Origin: Eledone cirrhosa
Lineage: Eukaryota
Assembly: GCA_964016885.1 (NCBI GenBank)
Contig: OZ024752.1
Location: forward strand, 33,046,001-33,110,000
DNA length: 64,000 bases
Direction: 5' to 3'
A program made the position numbers and the translations under genes. Under the pieces are notes generated by a model. It had not been told where the DNA came from, made no database searches, and saw nothing but the letters and a program-made list of their open reading frames with translations. Position 1 is the stretch's first letter; each line of letters opens with the position of its first letter. This document shows, piece after piece, positions 51,772-64,000 of this stretch.

Positions 51772-51811
<40 letters not shown>

Positions 51812-52055
51812 ATATTATATATATATACATACAGACATATATCATTATCATCATCATCACCAGCATTTTACGTCCATTCTGCCACGCTACCATAGGTTAG
51901 ACGGGTCGGCTTGTTGTGGGCAATGCCAGGTCAGGTGACCATGTCTTGCTCATACAGAACTGATTTGGGCGTGGTTTCTCTATAGCTGGATGCCTTTCCT
52001 TAAACCAACCTCATTTACAGTGAGTACTGGGTACTTTTTTTTACCGTGGCGCCTA

Positions 52056-52111
<56 letters not shown>

Positions 52112-52201
52112 CATAATATTATAAAATTAATCAAATTGTGAAGTCATTCTTTTCCTTTTTTTTTAAATATACCTAACTGTACTAAGGATTTCACACATAT
52201 T

Positions 52202-52262
<61 letters not shown>

Positions 52263-52951
52263 TGGAAACCATTTAATTTTTACTTTCAGAAAGTTTTGTA
52301 TAAAGCAATAAGGAAATGAAGAATAGAAGAAAAAGAAATTAAATAAAATGAAAGAATAAATTAAACAAAACAACGAAAGGAAGGGATGAGGGGAAGGGAC
52401 CAATAGACTCTACACCTCCAGTGTGGGTGGTATGTCTCAGCTGCGTCTTATAGACAAAATAACGATGGCTTTGCGTCAGAATGGCCAGCGAAACTCGTTG
52501 CAACTGCCACTTCAGCTCATGGGGTTCCTTCCCTAGGCGGACTGCTGTTTTTTCCAAACTACGTAAGCTTTAGAACTTGGTTGTAGATAATCCACTTCGG
52601 TTATACCACTAAACAGTTCTACATGACAAATATTTCTTCAAATATTGTGCTTTATATTTTTGGCAATGGCGTCTTATATTTTAAGAATATACGTGCCAAA
52701 TTTTTAGATCAATATGTACCAATTATTATAAAAGAAAATTTCTTCTGGTAGATGCGTATGAAAAACAAAAACTCGATATGCTTGAAAGGAGACAGTGATG
52801 GAATAAATATCTTGAATGTCAGTATTACATGCTATAATTTGGGGAGAAAGCCGAAAATAGAAATTGATAAACGTTGTCAATTTTGGGGGAAAGAAAATAA
52901 AAATTCGGAGTCTAAATCCAATTAATTGTGAAATGGATAAATCAGTCTTCT

Positions 52952-53002
<51 letters not shown>

Positions 53003-53005
<3 letters not shown>

Positions 53006-53297
53006 AAAGTTCTATTTAAAATTGTTGGGATACAACAAGTAAATATTTTTATAACTGATATAAAGCACTCGACAAGTATTTGGAGTAGATATACGATATT
53101 TGGAGTAGATATACTATCCAGATGGCTTCCAAAAATAATGGTTGCATTTTAAAAGGGTACGTCAAAGCTTATTTGTAAACCTGTTATATATTGTATTTTG
53201 TCTGATGAAGGCATACCATAATTTAATTTGGTATCCTTGAAATATGTATAATGAAATAAATATGGTTTTATAAATATAGTTTCCATTTATTAATATC

Positions 53298-53300
<3 letters not shown>
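53003..53300. mobile_element. Family A fold-back element; intact HHR + 53194-53258
   Basis: tattttgt-CTGATGA-aggcatacca..tggtatcctt-GAAA-tatgta-TA-atgaaata. Confidence 0.85.
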
Positions 53301-53352
<52 letters not shown>

Positions 53353-53708
53353 CGTATAGTATAGTATATTTGATAATATACTGTATCTATTTATCATTAT
53401 CAAATATACTATACGTATATTCATACACATATATCGGTATTTCAGACCACCAATACTAATTCCATATATATATATATATATTTATATATATAAAGTAATT
53501 CCGTCGGAAAAGTCCAGGAAAAAACATACACACACACACATACACACACACACATATATATGCGTATATATATCCATACACATACATATACACATACATA
53601 CATACACACATAAATTTATTATTATATATATTTCTATATTTGTGCATGCGTATGTATACATGTATATATGTGTGTATGTATGTGTGTATGTATGTACGTG
53701 TGTATATA

Positions 53709-53748
<40 letters not shown>

Positions 53749-54058
53749 CACGTTTGTGTATTTGTATGTATGTGTATGTATGGATATGTTGATATTTATG
53801 TGTGTATGTATGTATGTGTATATGTATGTGTATGGATATATATACGCATATATATATGTGTGTGTGTATATGTGTGTGTGTGTATGTATGTGTGTATGTA
53901 TGTATCTATATATATAATTATGTAATAAACAACACAATATAATTATTCCATTACCCAAGGTTTCGTGAAGTTAGACGATTCTAACAGAAACGTCTGTTTC
54001 GCTCATCACATGAAATATCTTTATCTTCTTTCCTTTACCTTTTCTACGGAAATACTTA

Positions 54059-54097
<39 letters not shown>

Positions 54098-54102
<5 letters not shown>

Positions 54103-54465
54103 AATACATGAATCAAAGTTCTGTTTAAATCATTTATTTGCTTACAATTGTTTCTTCCAAACCGAGGTTTGAAGTCTTCGGAGCAATTTTTCAATGATTT
54201 TTTTCATTGAAAAATTGCTCCGAAGACTCCTCCAAATCTCGGTTTGGAAGAAACAATTGTAAGTAAATAAATGATTTAAACAGAACTTTGATTCATGTAA
54301 TCTCTATATAACTGCTCTGTAAAACAACTGATGTTGTTACATTGAGCTATTTATCTTACCGGTAATAAGGTAGTAACAAATTACTGTCTTTCACTATTTA
54401 GGGTTTAAAATATATGTAACTATAAAAGGTTTTAGTATATACACAACCATAAATAGTATCCTTAA

Positions 54466-54470
<5 letters not shown>
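54098..54470 (+). mobile_element. Family J fold-back element with U4C-variant hammerhead (+ 54215-54266 and mirror copy)
   Basis: ttgct-CCGAAGA-..tccaaa/tttgga..-GAAA-caattg-TA-agtaa; arms centred ~54200. Confidence 0.8.
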
Positions 54471-54525
<55 letters not shown>

Positions 54526-54527
<2 letters not shown>

Positions 54528-54707
54528 GATATTAAATAAATGGAAACTATATTTATAAAACCATATTTATTTCATTATATATATTTCAGGGATATCATAT
54601 TAACAATATGCTATGCCTTCCTCAGACAAAATACAATATAGACAGTTTTATAGATAAATAGATTTGACATACCGTTCAACATCGACTTGTATTTGAAAAG
54701 TTGATTT

Positions 54708-54756
<49 letters not shown>

Positions 54757-54782
54757 CAACTAAGGTAAATACATTCTTCTTC

Positions 54783-54816
<34 letters not shown>

Positions 54817-55052
54817 AAAAAGAGATGAAATCGAAAATGGAACTGGAGTCTTATTTTTTTTTTTAAATATATATATTTATTTGGTTCCTTTACCGGTTTA
54901 AAGGAACGAAATAAATATATATATTTTTTTTAAAAATAAGACTCCAGTTGCATTTTCGATTTCATCTCTTTTTCTTTATACTTTCTTTATACTTTCACTC
55001 GTGTAGGACACCGGTTATTTTTCATTTTGTAAAAAAAACCTCACTTTCTAAT

Positions 55053-55102
<50 letters not shown>

Positions 55103-55132
55103 GAAGAAGAGTGTATTTATCTTAGTTGTTAC
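54526..55132. mobile_element. Family A fragment (54526-54670), then family K fold-back (54812-55052) nested between inverted ~32-bp repeats (54754-54787/55098-55131)
   Basis: Direct comparison of arms. Confidence 0.75.
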
Positions 55133-56009
55133 GTTGTAACTTATGCCGACCCATTTAACTATTGGATAGACGTGAGGGAGGTCTGAAAGGTTGGCGACCG
55201 TAGCTTTAGGTGATGTTAGTTAATTCTAGGGTGCTTCTTATGAATATAAAATCTGTTTTTCTCCATCACGTCTATATGTTGGTCTACAAGTTATCCTACA
55301 TATACTACATTTACAGAAAAATTAATTATTTTCGACTCACAACGTCAAATATTGACACACCAACATCCTGCACTTAACTATAAGTTCTTTATGCAGAAAG
55401 CACCTACCAGTTATTTTCCAATATCATCAATGTATATAGTAGCTTGGTCGAATGAACCAGTCATGAACATTTGGGGCAATTATTTCACTTTCTACATCTC
55501 ATCTCGAGTGTAATTTCCATTGTAAACATTAATCAAGTTGAACACTCATTATCGGTCACTTGTTAAACGTTATCTGTAGCTCTTGGACATTTCTTTTCGT
55601 CCTCTTCATTATTGAAAGAAAACATTCGCTGATTGAACTAATGCTATGAAAAGAATAAGAATTCCTACCATTTGCAAAGTTTCTGAACGGAACAAACAAT
55701 AGCTGCTGATACAATTCCCAAATATTCTATTAATCAACTATTTTTCTTGGATTGTTTTCAAAAACTCCGACTTCAAAATGGCAGCTGATAACGATTGAAT
55801 GTTTTTCTAGTCGACTTTCATACTGTAAACATGAATGGAAATTGAAGCTTTTGCTTTTGAATATATCGATATATATCCAATTAAATAAACACAGTAATCA
55901 GTGATCCACCATTTCATACATATGTAAATGACTTAGGAGAAGTTTATCACTGAACAGTTTATTTCGTTTGCATATAAATCAACTGTTGTGAAAATGTACA
56001 GTTATACCT

Positions 56010-56146
56010 GTCTGTGTGTTTGTGTTTGTGTTTGTGTATGTATGTATGTATGTATGTATGTATGTATGTATGTGTGAGTGTGTGTGAGTGAGTGAGTGTG
56101 TGTGAGTGAGTGTGTGTGAGTGTGTCTGTGTGTGTGAGTGTGAGTG

Positions 56147-56192
<46 letters not shown>

Positions 56193-56294
56193 TGTGAGTG
56201 AGTGTGTGTCTGTGTGTGTGTGCGAATGTGAGTGAGTGTATGTGTGTGTGTGTGTGTGTGCGAGTGTGAGTGTGTGAGTGTGAGTGTGTGTGTG

Positions 56295-56358
<64 letters not shown>

Positions 56359-56686
56359 TGTGTCTGTGTGTGTGTGTGCGAGTGTGAGTGTGTGTGTCAG
56401 TTTGTCTGTGTGTGCGAGTGTGAGTGAGTATATGTGTGTGAGTGAGTGTGTGTGTGTCTGTGTGTGCGAGTGTGAGTGAGTGTATGTGTGTGAGTGAGTG
56501 TGTGTGTGTGTCTGTGTGTGTGTGTGCGAGTGTGAGTGAGTGTATGTGTGTGAGTGAGTGTGTGTGTGTGTCTGTGTGTGTGTGTGCGAGTGTGAGTGAG
56601 TGTATGTGTGTGAGTGAGTGTGTGTGTGTCTGTGTGTGCGAGTGTGAGTGAGTGTATGTGTGTGAGTGAGTGTGTGAGTGTGTGTC
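56010..56686. repeat. Compound (TG)/(GAGT) microsatellite with ~60-bp higher-order unit
   Basis: Direct inspection. Confidence 0.9.
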
Positions 56687-56931
56687 CATGTTGCGCGGGA
56701 TTTCGTTAATGTTGTTGTCAATGACAGAAACAGAAGCCAGATGTTAACAAGGAAAATGTAGGTTACAATAATTCATTTAAAATGGACAAAAGAAAGACAA
56801 CTAATACGTTATGCCCCAATTCACTGTATTATCAGTCTTTACAATTCTATATGTTTATATTTTGGTAACAAGGTAAATAGCGAGTTTCTGTAGGTGTGTG
56901 TGTGTTTTAATATGATATGTATATATATAAG

Positions 56932-58690
56932 GGTGGTAGATTGGCAGTAGCGGTAGAGGGTCAGACGCCATGCTTTGCAGCATAGAGTTACGGCCCTTTA
57001 TGATCTGAGTTCAAATCCCGCCGAGGTTAACTTTGCCTTTCATCTTTACGGGGTCGATAAAATAAAGTACCAGTCATGCATTGGGGTTGATTTAATCGAC
57101 TCTTCCCTCCCCCCAAAAAATTGCTGGCCGTGTGCCTATATAAGAAACCAATATGATATGTATGTATGGACCCGCAACTCTTGGTGCAGTCGTGCGGGCG
57201 CCATTTTGGCATACATCGTTTCTAGAGCATCTTTTTCTTTTTTTTTTTAACATGGCGGAGCTCATCTCCTCTCCAAGTTTGAATACAGCGAATTTCTTCC
57301 AGAGAAGGATATAGAGTGAGAGAGAAGAAGTGAGAAAGAGATATAGCGGAAAATTCGACCCAGTACTTGATTGGTACTTTTTTATCGACCTCGAATGGAT
57401 GAAAGGCAAAGTTGACCTCGACGGGATTTGAACTCAGAGAGCAGAGAGTCAGAAGGAATACTGCAAAGCATCAAAGCATACTATCTGACATTCTAACGAC
57501 TCTGCTAATTCGCCGCCTACTTCAATATAATTGTTTCTACTTTTGGCACAAGGCCAGCAATTACCCAGTACATTACTGGTAATTTATTTTATCGACCCCC
57601 GTAAGGATGAAAGGCAAAGTTAACCTCGGCGGGATTTGAACTCAGACTATAAAGGGCTGTAACTATGCTGCAAAGCATGGCGTCCGACCCTCTACCAATA
57701 CTGCCAATCCACCAACAATCACTTTCGCAGCCTAATTATCACTTGCAAAAGTACGTAAAATATTTACAATATCATATATAAATAATTGTTTCTACTTTAG
57801 GCACAAGGCCAGCAATTATCCAGTGCATTACTGGTACTTTATTTTATCGACCCCGTAAGGATGAAAGGCAAAGTCAACCTCGGCGGGATATATTTACAAT
57901 ATCATATATAAATAATTGTTTCTACTTTAGGCACAAGGCCAGCAATTATCCAGTGCATTACTGGTACTTTATTTTATCGACCCCGTAAGGATGAAAGGCA
58001 AAGTCAACCTCGGCGGGATATATTTACAATATCATATATAAATAATTGTTTCTACTTTAGGCACAAGGCCAGCAATTATCCAGTGCATTACTGGTACTTT
58101 ATTTTATCGACCCCGTAAGGATGAAAGGCAAAGTCAACGTCGGCGGGATTTGAACTCAGATCGTAAAGGGACGTAAATAAATAATCTAAAGTAGACATTT
58201 TTTAAAGCAAATCTTTATTGTGACGTTAATTTTCAACATTTACAGAGTCAAATAGTGGCAGACGGCGCGTGGTAGGTGTTACTTAGGTCCAGGGCTAAAA
58301 CAATAAAGCCAGCTGTGTTCTTTACAATTCTAGTTAATTCCTCTTGTGGTATTCAGACTTTTTATTAGTAATAATGGTTTCTACTTTTGGCACAAGGCCA
58401 GCAATTATATCAGTACATTACTGGTACCTTATTTTATAGACCTCGTAAGGATGAAAAGCAAAGTAAACCTCGGCCTTTCATCTTTACAAGGTCGATAAAA
58501 TAAAGTAAGGTGCAATGCCAACAATTTGGGGGTAGGGGCTGGGGAAAGTCGATTAAATCGACCCCAGGGCGTTACTTTATTTTATTAACTCCGTTAGGAT
58601 GAAATGCAAAGCTAACCTCGGCGGGATTTGAACTCAGAACGAAAAGTGACGTCATTTTAGGCCACAAAGCATGTTTTCCGACGCTCTACT
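56932..58690. mobile_element. SINE type 1 cluster including a 120-bp tandem triplication (~57770-58150)
   Basis: aataattgtttctactttaggcac units at 57781, 57911 and 58041 (period 130 by these starts; see finding). Confidence 0.8.
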
Positions 58691-58698
58691 TTTAAGAG

Positions 58699-58742
<44 letters not shown>

Positions 58743-58747
<5 letters not shown>

Positions 58748-58945
58748 TGAGATTCTACAGGACTAGAACTATTTCATTCGGAGGTAACCACAGTAAGTAA
58801 GGTACTCAATACATTGCAGAGTATAAAAGTTTTAATATAGATGAGATTCTGTAGAATCTCATCTATATTAAAACTTTTATACTCTGCAATGTATTGAGTA
58901 CCTTACTTACTGTGGTTACCTCCGATTCAACCCGGAATAACGTAC
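58743..58945. mobile_element. Rearranged fold-back fragments of the PLE pLTR
   Basis: Matches 51049-51165; palindrome centred ~58850. Confidence 0.85.
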
Positions 58946-58960
58946 GTATATATATATATA

Positions 58961-59355
58961 TATTATCAAATATACTATACGTACATCATACATACTGTAC
59001 ATCGCTATTTCAGAGCACCAATACTAATTCCTATTTTTTGCTGGACCGGCAACTGCTCTCTTTAATCAGCTCTTAAACATCACTGGAATTCTATAAGAAT
59101 CCATCTTCTATAACTCTCGGTAGAAGCGAAGGGATATGTAATCTTGATAACCACTAACGAGCGAGAAACGACCGTCAATTGCTTTCCTTTGTTTTCGCCG
59201 AGACCAAGTAAGTGACATAGTCACTATTTTAAAACTGATAGCGAATGGTCTTCAAAATGTTTTTAGATAAACATACCGTATATTATCAAATATACTATAC
59301 GTACATTCATATATTCATACACACATCAGTATGAGTTTTAAAGTACCAATACTAA

Positions 59356-59360
<5 letters not shown>
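58961..59360 (+). mobile_element. Family G-related ~320-bp unit with terminal direct repeat and degenerate U3-A8 hammerhead (59138-59182)
   Basis: tattatcaaatatactatacgtac at 58961 and 59281; shares atcgctatttcagagca, ggaccggcaac and ggtcttcaaaatgttt with the inverse of family G. Confidence 0.75.
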
Positions 59361-59387
<27 letters not shown>

Positions 59388-59391
<4 letters not shown>

Positions 59392-60156
59392 AAAGTTTTA
59401 TTTAAAATTGTTGGGTTACAACAAGTAAATATTTTATAACTGATATAAAGCACTCGACAAGTTTTTGGAGTAGATATACGATATTAAACAAATGGAAACT
59501 ATATTTATAAAACCATATTTATTTCATTATACATATTTCAGGGATACCATATTAAAAATATGGCATGCCTTCGTCAGATAAAATACAATATATAACCAGT
59601 TTTATAAATAATTTTGACGTACCATAAATATAGCGACCATTAAGGTAGGAGGCTGGCTTGGTAGTGAAGTGTTTATAAATATTTAGTGTTAATCACAGTT
59701 ACAAATAAAGACGGAGAAAAAGAAGAAATGTATATAGTGCTTAACACTATAACTAAATAATTACCGTACTCCCTCCCTCTTAAATCTCTCAATTTGTATG
59801 ATGAATTATTATTATTCATCTGTTGCCTTCGGTTGCCTCTCTTTTTTACCTCCTCCCTCTTTCTCACTCCCCTATTTCTCTCTATTTCTCTCTGTTTTTC
59901 TTTACATACATTTCTTCTTTTTCTCCATCTTTATTTGTAACTGTGATTAACACTAAATATTTATAAACACTTCACTACCAAGCCAGCCTCCTACCTTAAT
60001 GGTCGCTATATTTATGGTACGTCAAAATTATTTATAAAACTGGTTATATATTGTATTTTATCTGACGAATGCATGCCATATTTTTAATATGGTATCCCTG
60101 AAATATGTATAATGAAATAAATATGGTTTTATAAATATAGTTTCCATTTGTTTAAT

Positions 60157-60160
<4 letters not shown>
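59388..60160. mobile_element. Family A large fold-back (~250-bp arms) with opposed HHRs (- ~59520-59585; + 60054-60119)
   Basis: ~59479-59733 is the inverse of ~59906-60160. Confidence 0.85.
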
Positions 60161-60201
<41 letters not shown>

Positions 60202-60207
<6 letters not shown>

Positions 60208-60546
60208 GAGTTAAACAAGATTCAATGAGTACATCAAAGAATGAGTTTTACAGTAGATTGAAAGCACTCTACTGAAAGATATTTTCCAGAGTTATTAATA
60301 TTAAATTCATATATTAGCAAAATAGATGTTCTTGTGATCAATTAAATTTTATTATACATATTTCAGAGGAACTTGATTCAAGTACCTCTGAAATATATAT
60401 AATAAAATTTAATTGATCACAAGAACATCTATTTTGTTAATATTTGAATTTAATATTAATAACTCTGGAAAATATCTTTCAGTAGAGTGCTTTCAATCTA
60501 CTGTAAAACTCATTCTTTGATGTACTCATTGAATCTTGTTTAACTC

Positions 60547-60552
<6 letters not shown>
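60202..60552. mobile_element. Family L ~350-bp near-perfect palindrome with 3' half of a hammerhead
   Basis: Centre ~60377; cctct-GAAA-tatata-TA-ataaaa; (TA)n flanks. Confidence 0.8.
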
Positions 60553-60616
<64 letters not shown>

Positions 60617-61177
60617 CATTATACAACAAATCTATATATAAAACAATCATTAATACATTTGATCTAAAACAAAGCAACAACGTACAAATATTGTTTACAC
60701 CTATTTTGGGGCCCTCGTTTATGAGTAATTTTGATCTTTATATTAAGACAGTATTTTTCCTACTTTCACCGATATAATTATTTAGATTATATCATTATAT
60801 TAGATTTAGATTATATCATTATATTAGATTATATCATTATATTATTGATGATACCAGTAATATCATAGAAAATTATTTTTATTTCTGTGGCAAAGAAGAT
60901 AATCTTTCTTAGCTTAACAAAACTCTCAAATATAATATAATCTACTTTAACTTACTGAAAGATCATTCACATCTGGTAAATGAAATTCCAATAGTTGGCT
61001 GGTATTATTTCTATAGCTACTTGTTGTGGCTTCTTTTAACATCTTATACAACAGCGTTATTACCTAATCACAGATAAGTAATTTATTAGCCATTTAAATA
61101 GTGTTACGTTCACAGAACGTAACACTATTTATTTCTCTTAAAACTCTTTTACTTGGCACACGATAGTTTTCAGCAGG

Positions 61178-61215
61178 TCTCTCTCTCTCTCTCTCTCTCT
61201 CCAACGAACATTAAC

Positions 61216-61276
<61 letters not shown>

Positions 61277-61344
61277 TCCTTCCAACGAACATTAACCAAA
61301 CTCTATATCTCTCCAACGAATATTAACCAAACTCTCTCTCTCTC

Positions 61345-61401
<57 letters not shown>

Positions 61402-61529
61402 TACGAACATTGACCAAACTCTCTCTCTCTTTCTCTCTCACTCTCTCTCTCTTTCCAACGAACGTTAACCAAACTCTCTCTCTCTCTCCAACGAACATTA
61501 ACCAAACTCTCTCTCTATTTCTCTCTCTC

Positions 61530-61580
<51 letters not shown>

Positions 61581-61648
61581 TACGAACATTGACCAAACTC
61601 TCTCTCTCTTTCTCTCTCACTCTCTCTCTCTTTCCAACGAACGTTAAC

Positions 61649-61725
<77 letters not shown>

Positions 61726-61858
61726 TCCAACGAACATTAACCAAACTCTATATCTCTCCAACGAATATTAACCAAACTCTCTCTCTCTCTCTCTTTCCAA
61801 CGAACATTAACCAAACTCTCTCTCTCTCTCTCTCTCTCTCCAACCAGCATTAACCAAA
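61178..61858. repeat. (CT)n punctuated by a ~21-bp motif ccaacgaacattaaccaaact
   Basis: About a dozen motif copies. Confidence 0.9.
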
Positions 61859-62269
61859 GCGCCATACAAAACAGAATCAACCGTTGTCCACTTACATCTT
61901 CCAACTGTCTTAACAAGGAATGTTAAGCTGAATAAGAAATCATTTACCAATATTTATTTCCATCAGGTTAAAAACCCGTGATTTATCTTATTTTCCTGTT
62001 TACTTCTGTGTCATTATTCGCTTGCACATGCTTGACATTCTAAAAGGACATTCATTTAACGCTATTTCTACAACATTCACTTACTTACACATTTGACCTT
62101 ACAAAGAAGACCACATACTAACACAACTTTTATTAATGTTGTATATATTGAAACTTAGTGATCGTCTAGGCATATATTACTGTACAAACACGTACGTTAT
62201 TTTTCGCTATACTCATTGATATTTCAACACATGTATTCACAGCAGTTTAACGTGCTATTTAACTATTTC

Positions 62270-62750
62270 GAATTCCTGCACCAATTCTAGATTTCCAACC
62301 ACACCAAGATCAGACTCTTCCAAGTAATAATTCAACCAATCTTGCTATATGGAAGTGAAACATGGACGCTTTCATCCAAACAACAAAAGCACCTTGATGG
62401 CACCTACACTCGCCTGCTTCAACGCATTCAGAACATAAGCTGGCGACATCTGACTATAAAAGAAATATAGGCTGGCCTCCCACACATATCTGTCGTTGTA
62501 CGTAAACGGAGAGTAAGATTTGCTGGCCACTGCCATCGTGTCAACTATGAGGCTGTGTTCCTATTACTCCTTTTTTGGAAACCACAATCAGTCACTAATA
62601 ACAGGGGGCGCGATCTCTCCTACCCCTATATCATCTCCAGAGATTCTGGTATTGAAATCCAGGACTTGGCAACGGCAATGAATGACAGACCCACGTAGAG
62701 ATCAATTGTTGAGTCGATTTCGGCTGAGGCCACCGGATGATAATGATGAG
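62270..62750 (+). mobile_element. Decayed RTE-like LINE 3' end
   Basis: KIRLFQVIIQPILLYGSETWTLS..LDGTYTRLL..RRVRFAGHCHR with stops; short (GAT)n-like tail. Confidence 0.8.
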
Positions 62751-63004
62751 ATTGAGAAAGGTATACACTTCTAGCGGCACATAGAAAATAAAATAAGATT
62801 TATATAAACGATGTATTGCCGTTGTTCTCTAGCATTCTTTTATTTTCAACATTCACGCAAATTTGGAAGAATATCTACATTACTTACTTACTTAATCCCG
62901 TAACTCTGGATAAAGTCGCAGAGACCCCGTATTGACATACTGCGTTTCTAGGGCATTTTTTAACCTAACGGAGCAGATCTTCTATGGATGATAAGTAGGA
63001 GGGC

Positions 63005-63390
63005 CGAGAGGGTATATGAGTCTGCTCTCGACTGCACGGACACTTCCCAGGTTTGAGTGGATGTATCAGTCTTCTCGCGACTGCACGGACACTTCCCAGA
63101 GTTGAGTGGATATATCAGTCTTCTCGCGACTGCACGGACACTTCCCAGAGTTGAGTGGATGTATCAGTCTTCTCGCGACTGCATGGACACCTCCCAGGGT
63201 CGAGAGGGCGCATCAGTCTTCTCGCGACTGCGCGGGCACCTCCGAATGTCGAGAGAATGTATCAGTCTTCTCGCGATTGCGCGGGCATCTCCTAGGGTCG
63301 AAAGGTTGAATCAGCCTTCTTGCGACTGCACGGGCACCTCCCAGGGTCGAGAAGGTGTATCAGTTTTCTCGCGACTATACGGGTACCTCC
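63005..63390. repeat. 49-bp GC-rich minisatellite (~8 copies)
   Basis: gtatcagtcttctcgcgactgcacggacacttcccagagttgagtggat with divergent variants. Confidence 0.9.
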
Positions 63391-63560
63391 CATTCACTAT
63401 ATTATACCCGGGAGCCTCTACATGGCAATTCGACATACTAGAAATAGGAACCAAATGTCTCTCAAGTCACATCCTTCTGTCTTAAATACATTTGAAAACA
63501 AATTACATCAGTTTGCTGACTTTGCGATAATGCTTTAGCAATAATATTAATGTGTTAATA

Positions 63561-64000
63561 AAGGGCGGTGGATTGGCAGTATCGGTAGAGGGTCGGACGC
63601 CATGGTAGGGCGGTGTATTGGCAGTATCGGTAGAGGGTCGGACGCCATGGTAGGGTGGTGGATTGGCAGTATCGGTAGAGGGTCGGACGCCATGGTAGGG
63701 TGGTGGGTTGGCAGTATCGGTAGAGGGTCGGACGCCATGGTAGGGTGGTGGATTGGCAGTATCGGTAGAGGGTCGGACGCCATGGTAGGGTGGTGGGTTG
63801 GCAGTATCGGTAGAGGGTCGGACGCCATGGTAGGGTGGTGGATTGGCAGTATCGGTAGAGGGTCGGACGCCATGGTAGGGTGGTGGATTGGCAGTATCGG
63901 TAGAGGGTCGGACGCCATGGTAGGGCGGTGTATTGGCAGTATCGGTAGAGGGTCGGACGCCATGGTAGGGTGGTGGATTGGCAGTATCGGTAGAAGGTTG
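63561..64000 (+). repeat. 45-bp tandem array derived from the SINE type 1 head (~10 copies, runs off the window)
   Basis: ggtggattggcagtatcggtagagggtcggacgccatg matches the SINE 5' end (e.g. 56933-56972). Confidence 0.92.

Noticed and set aside
55540-55830. Possible minus-strand terminal exon (and 32-nt micro-exon near 61896-61927)
   Set aside because: Only generic splice-like motifs and short frames with no recognisable product.
63547-63963. 138-aa MASDPLPILPIH repeat ORF
   Set aside because: Antisense translation of a 45-bp SINE-derived tandem repeat.

Overview
AT-rich animal genomic DNA saturated with microsatellites, probably a cephalopod (Octopus-like; inferred from the SINE types and the neuropeptide, not verified). 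Nearly all ORFs in the supplied track are (TA)n/(CA)n/(TATG)n artefacts. The coding content I can support is: an intact Penelope-like retroelement (PLE; RT + C-terminal GIY-YIG, 48862-51099 minus) inside a ~6.4 kb insertion with hammerhead-bearing pseudo-LTRs; a likely pleurin-like (PRXamide) neuropeptide exon at 37826-38065 with a probable last exon near 40469; RTE-type LINE fragments; and a decayed hAT transposase. tRNA-derived SINEs of two types, MITEs, minisatellites and a 200-N gap are also present. Between the (TA)n tracts sit about a dozen families of short, often fold-back, non-coding elements, most carrying whole or partial hammerhead ribozyme (HHR) motifs, including U3-A8 and U4C core variants and a tandem retrozyme-like array. 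The most unusual observation is family B (1810-2757, 10928-11411): it carries all three hammerhead strands in a non-circularly permuted order (cleavage strand, then GAAA strand, then CUGAUGA strand), supported by three compensatory base-pair changes between subfamilies. All structures were folded by eye and no activity is shown.
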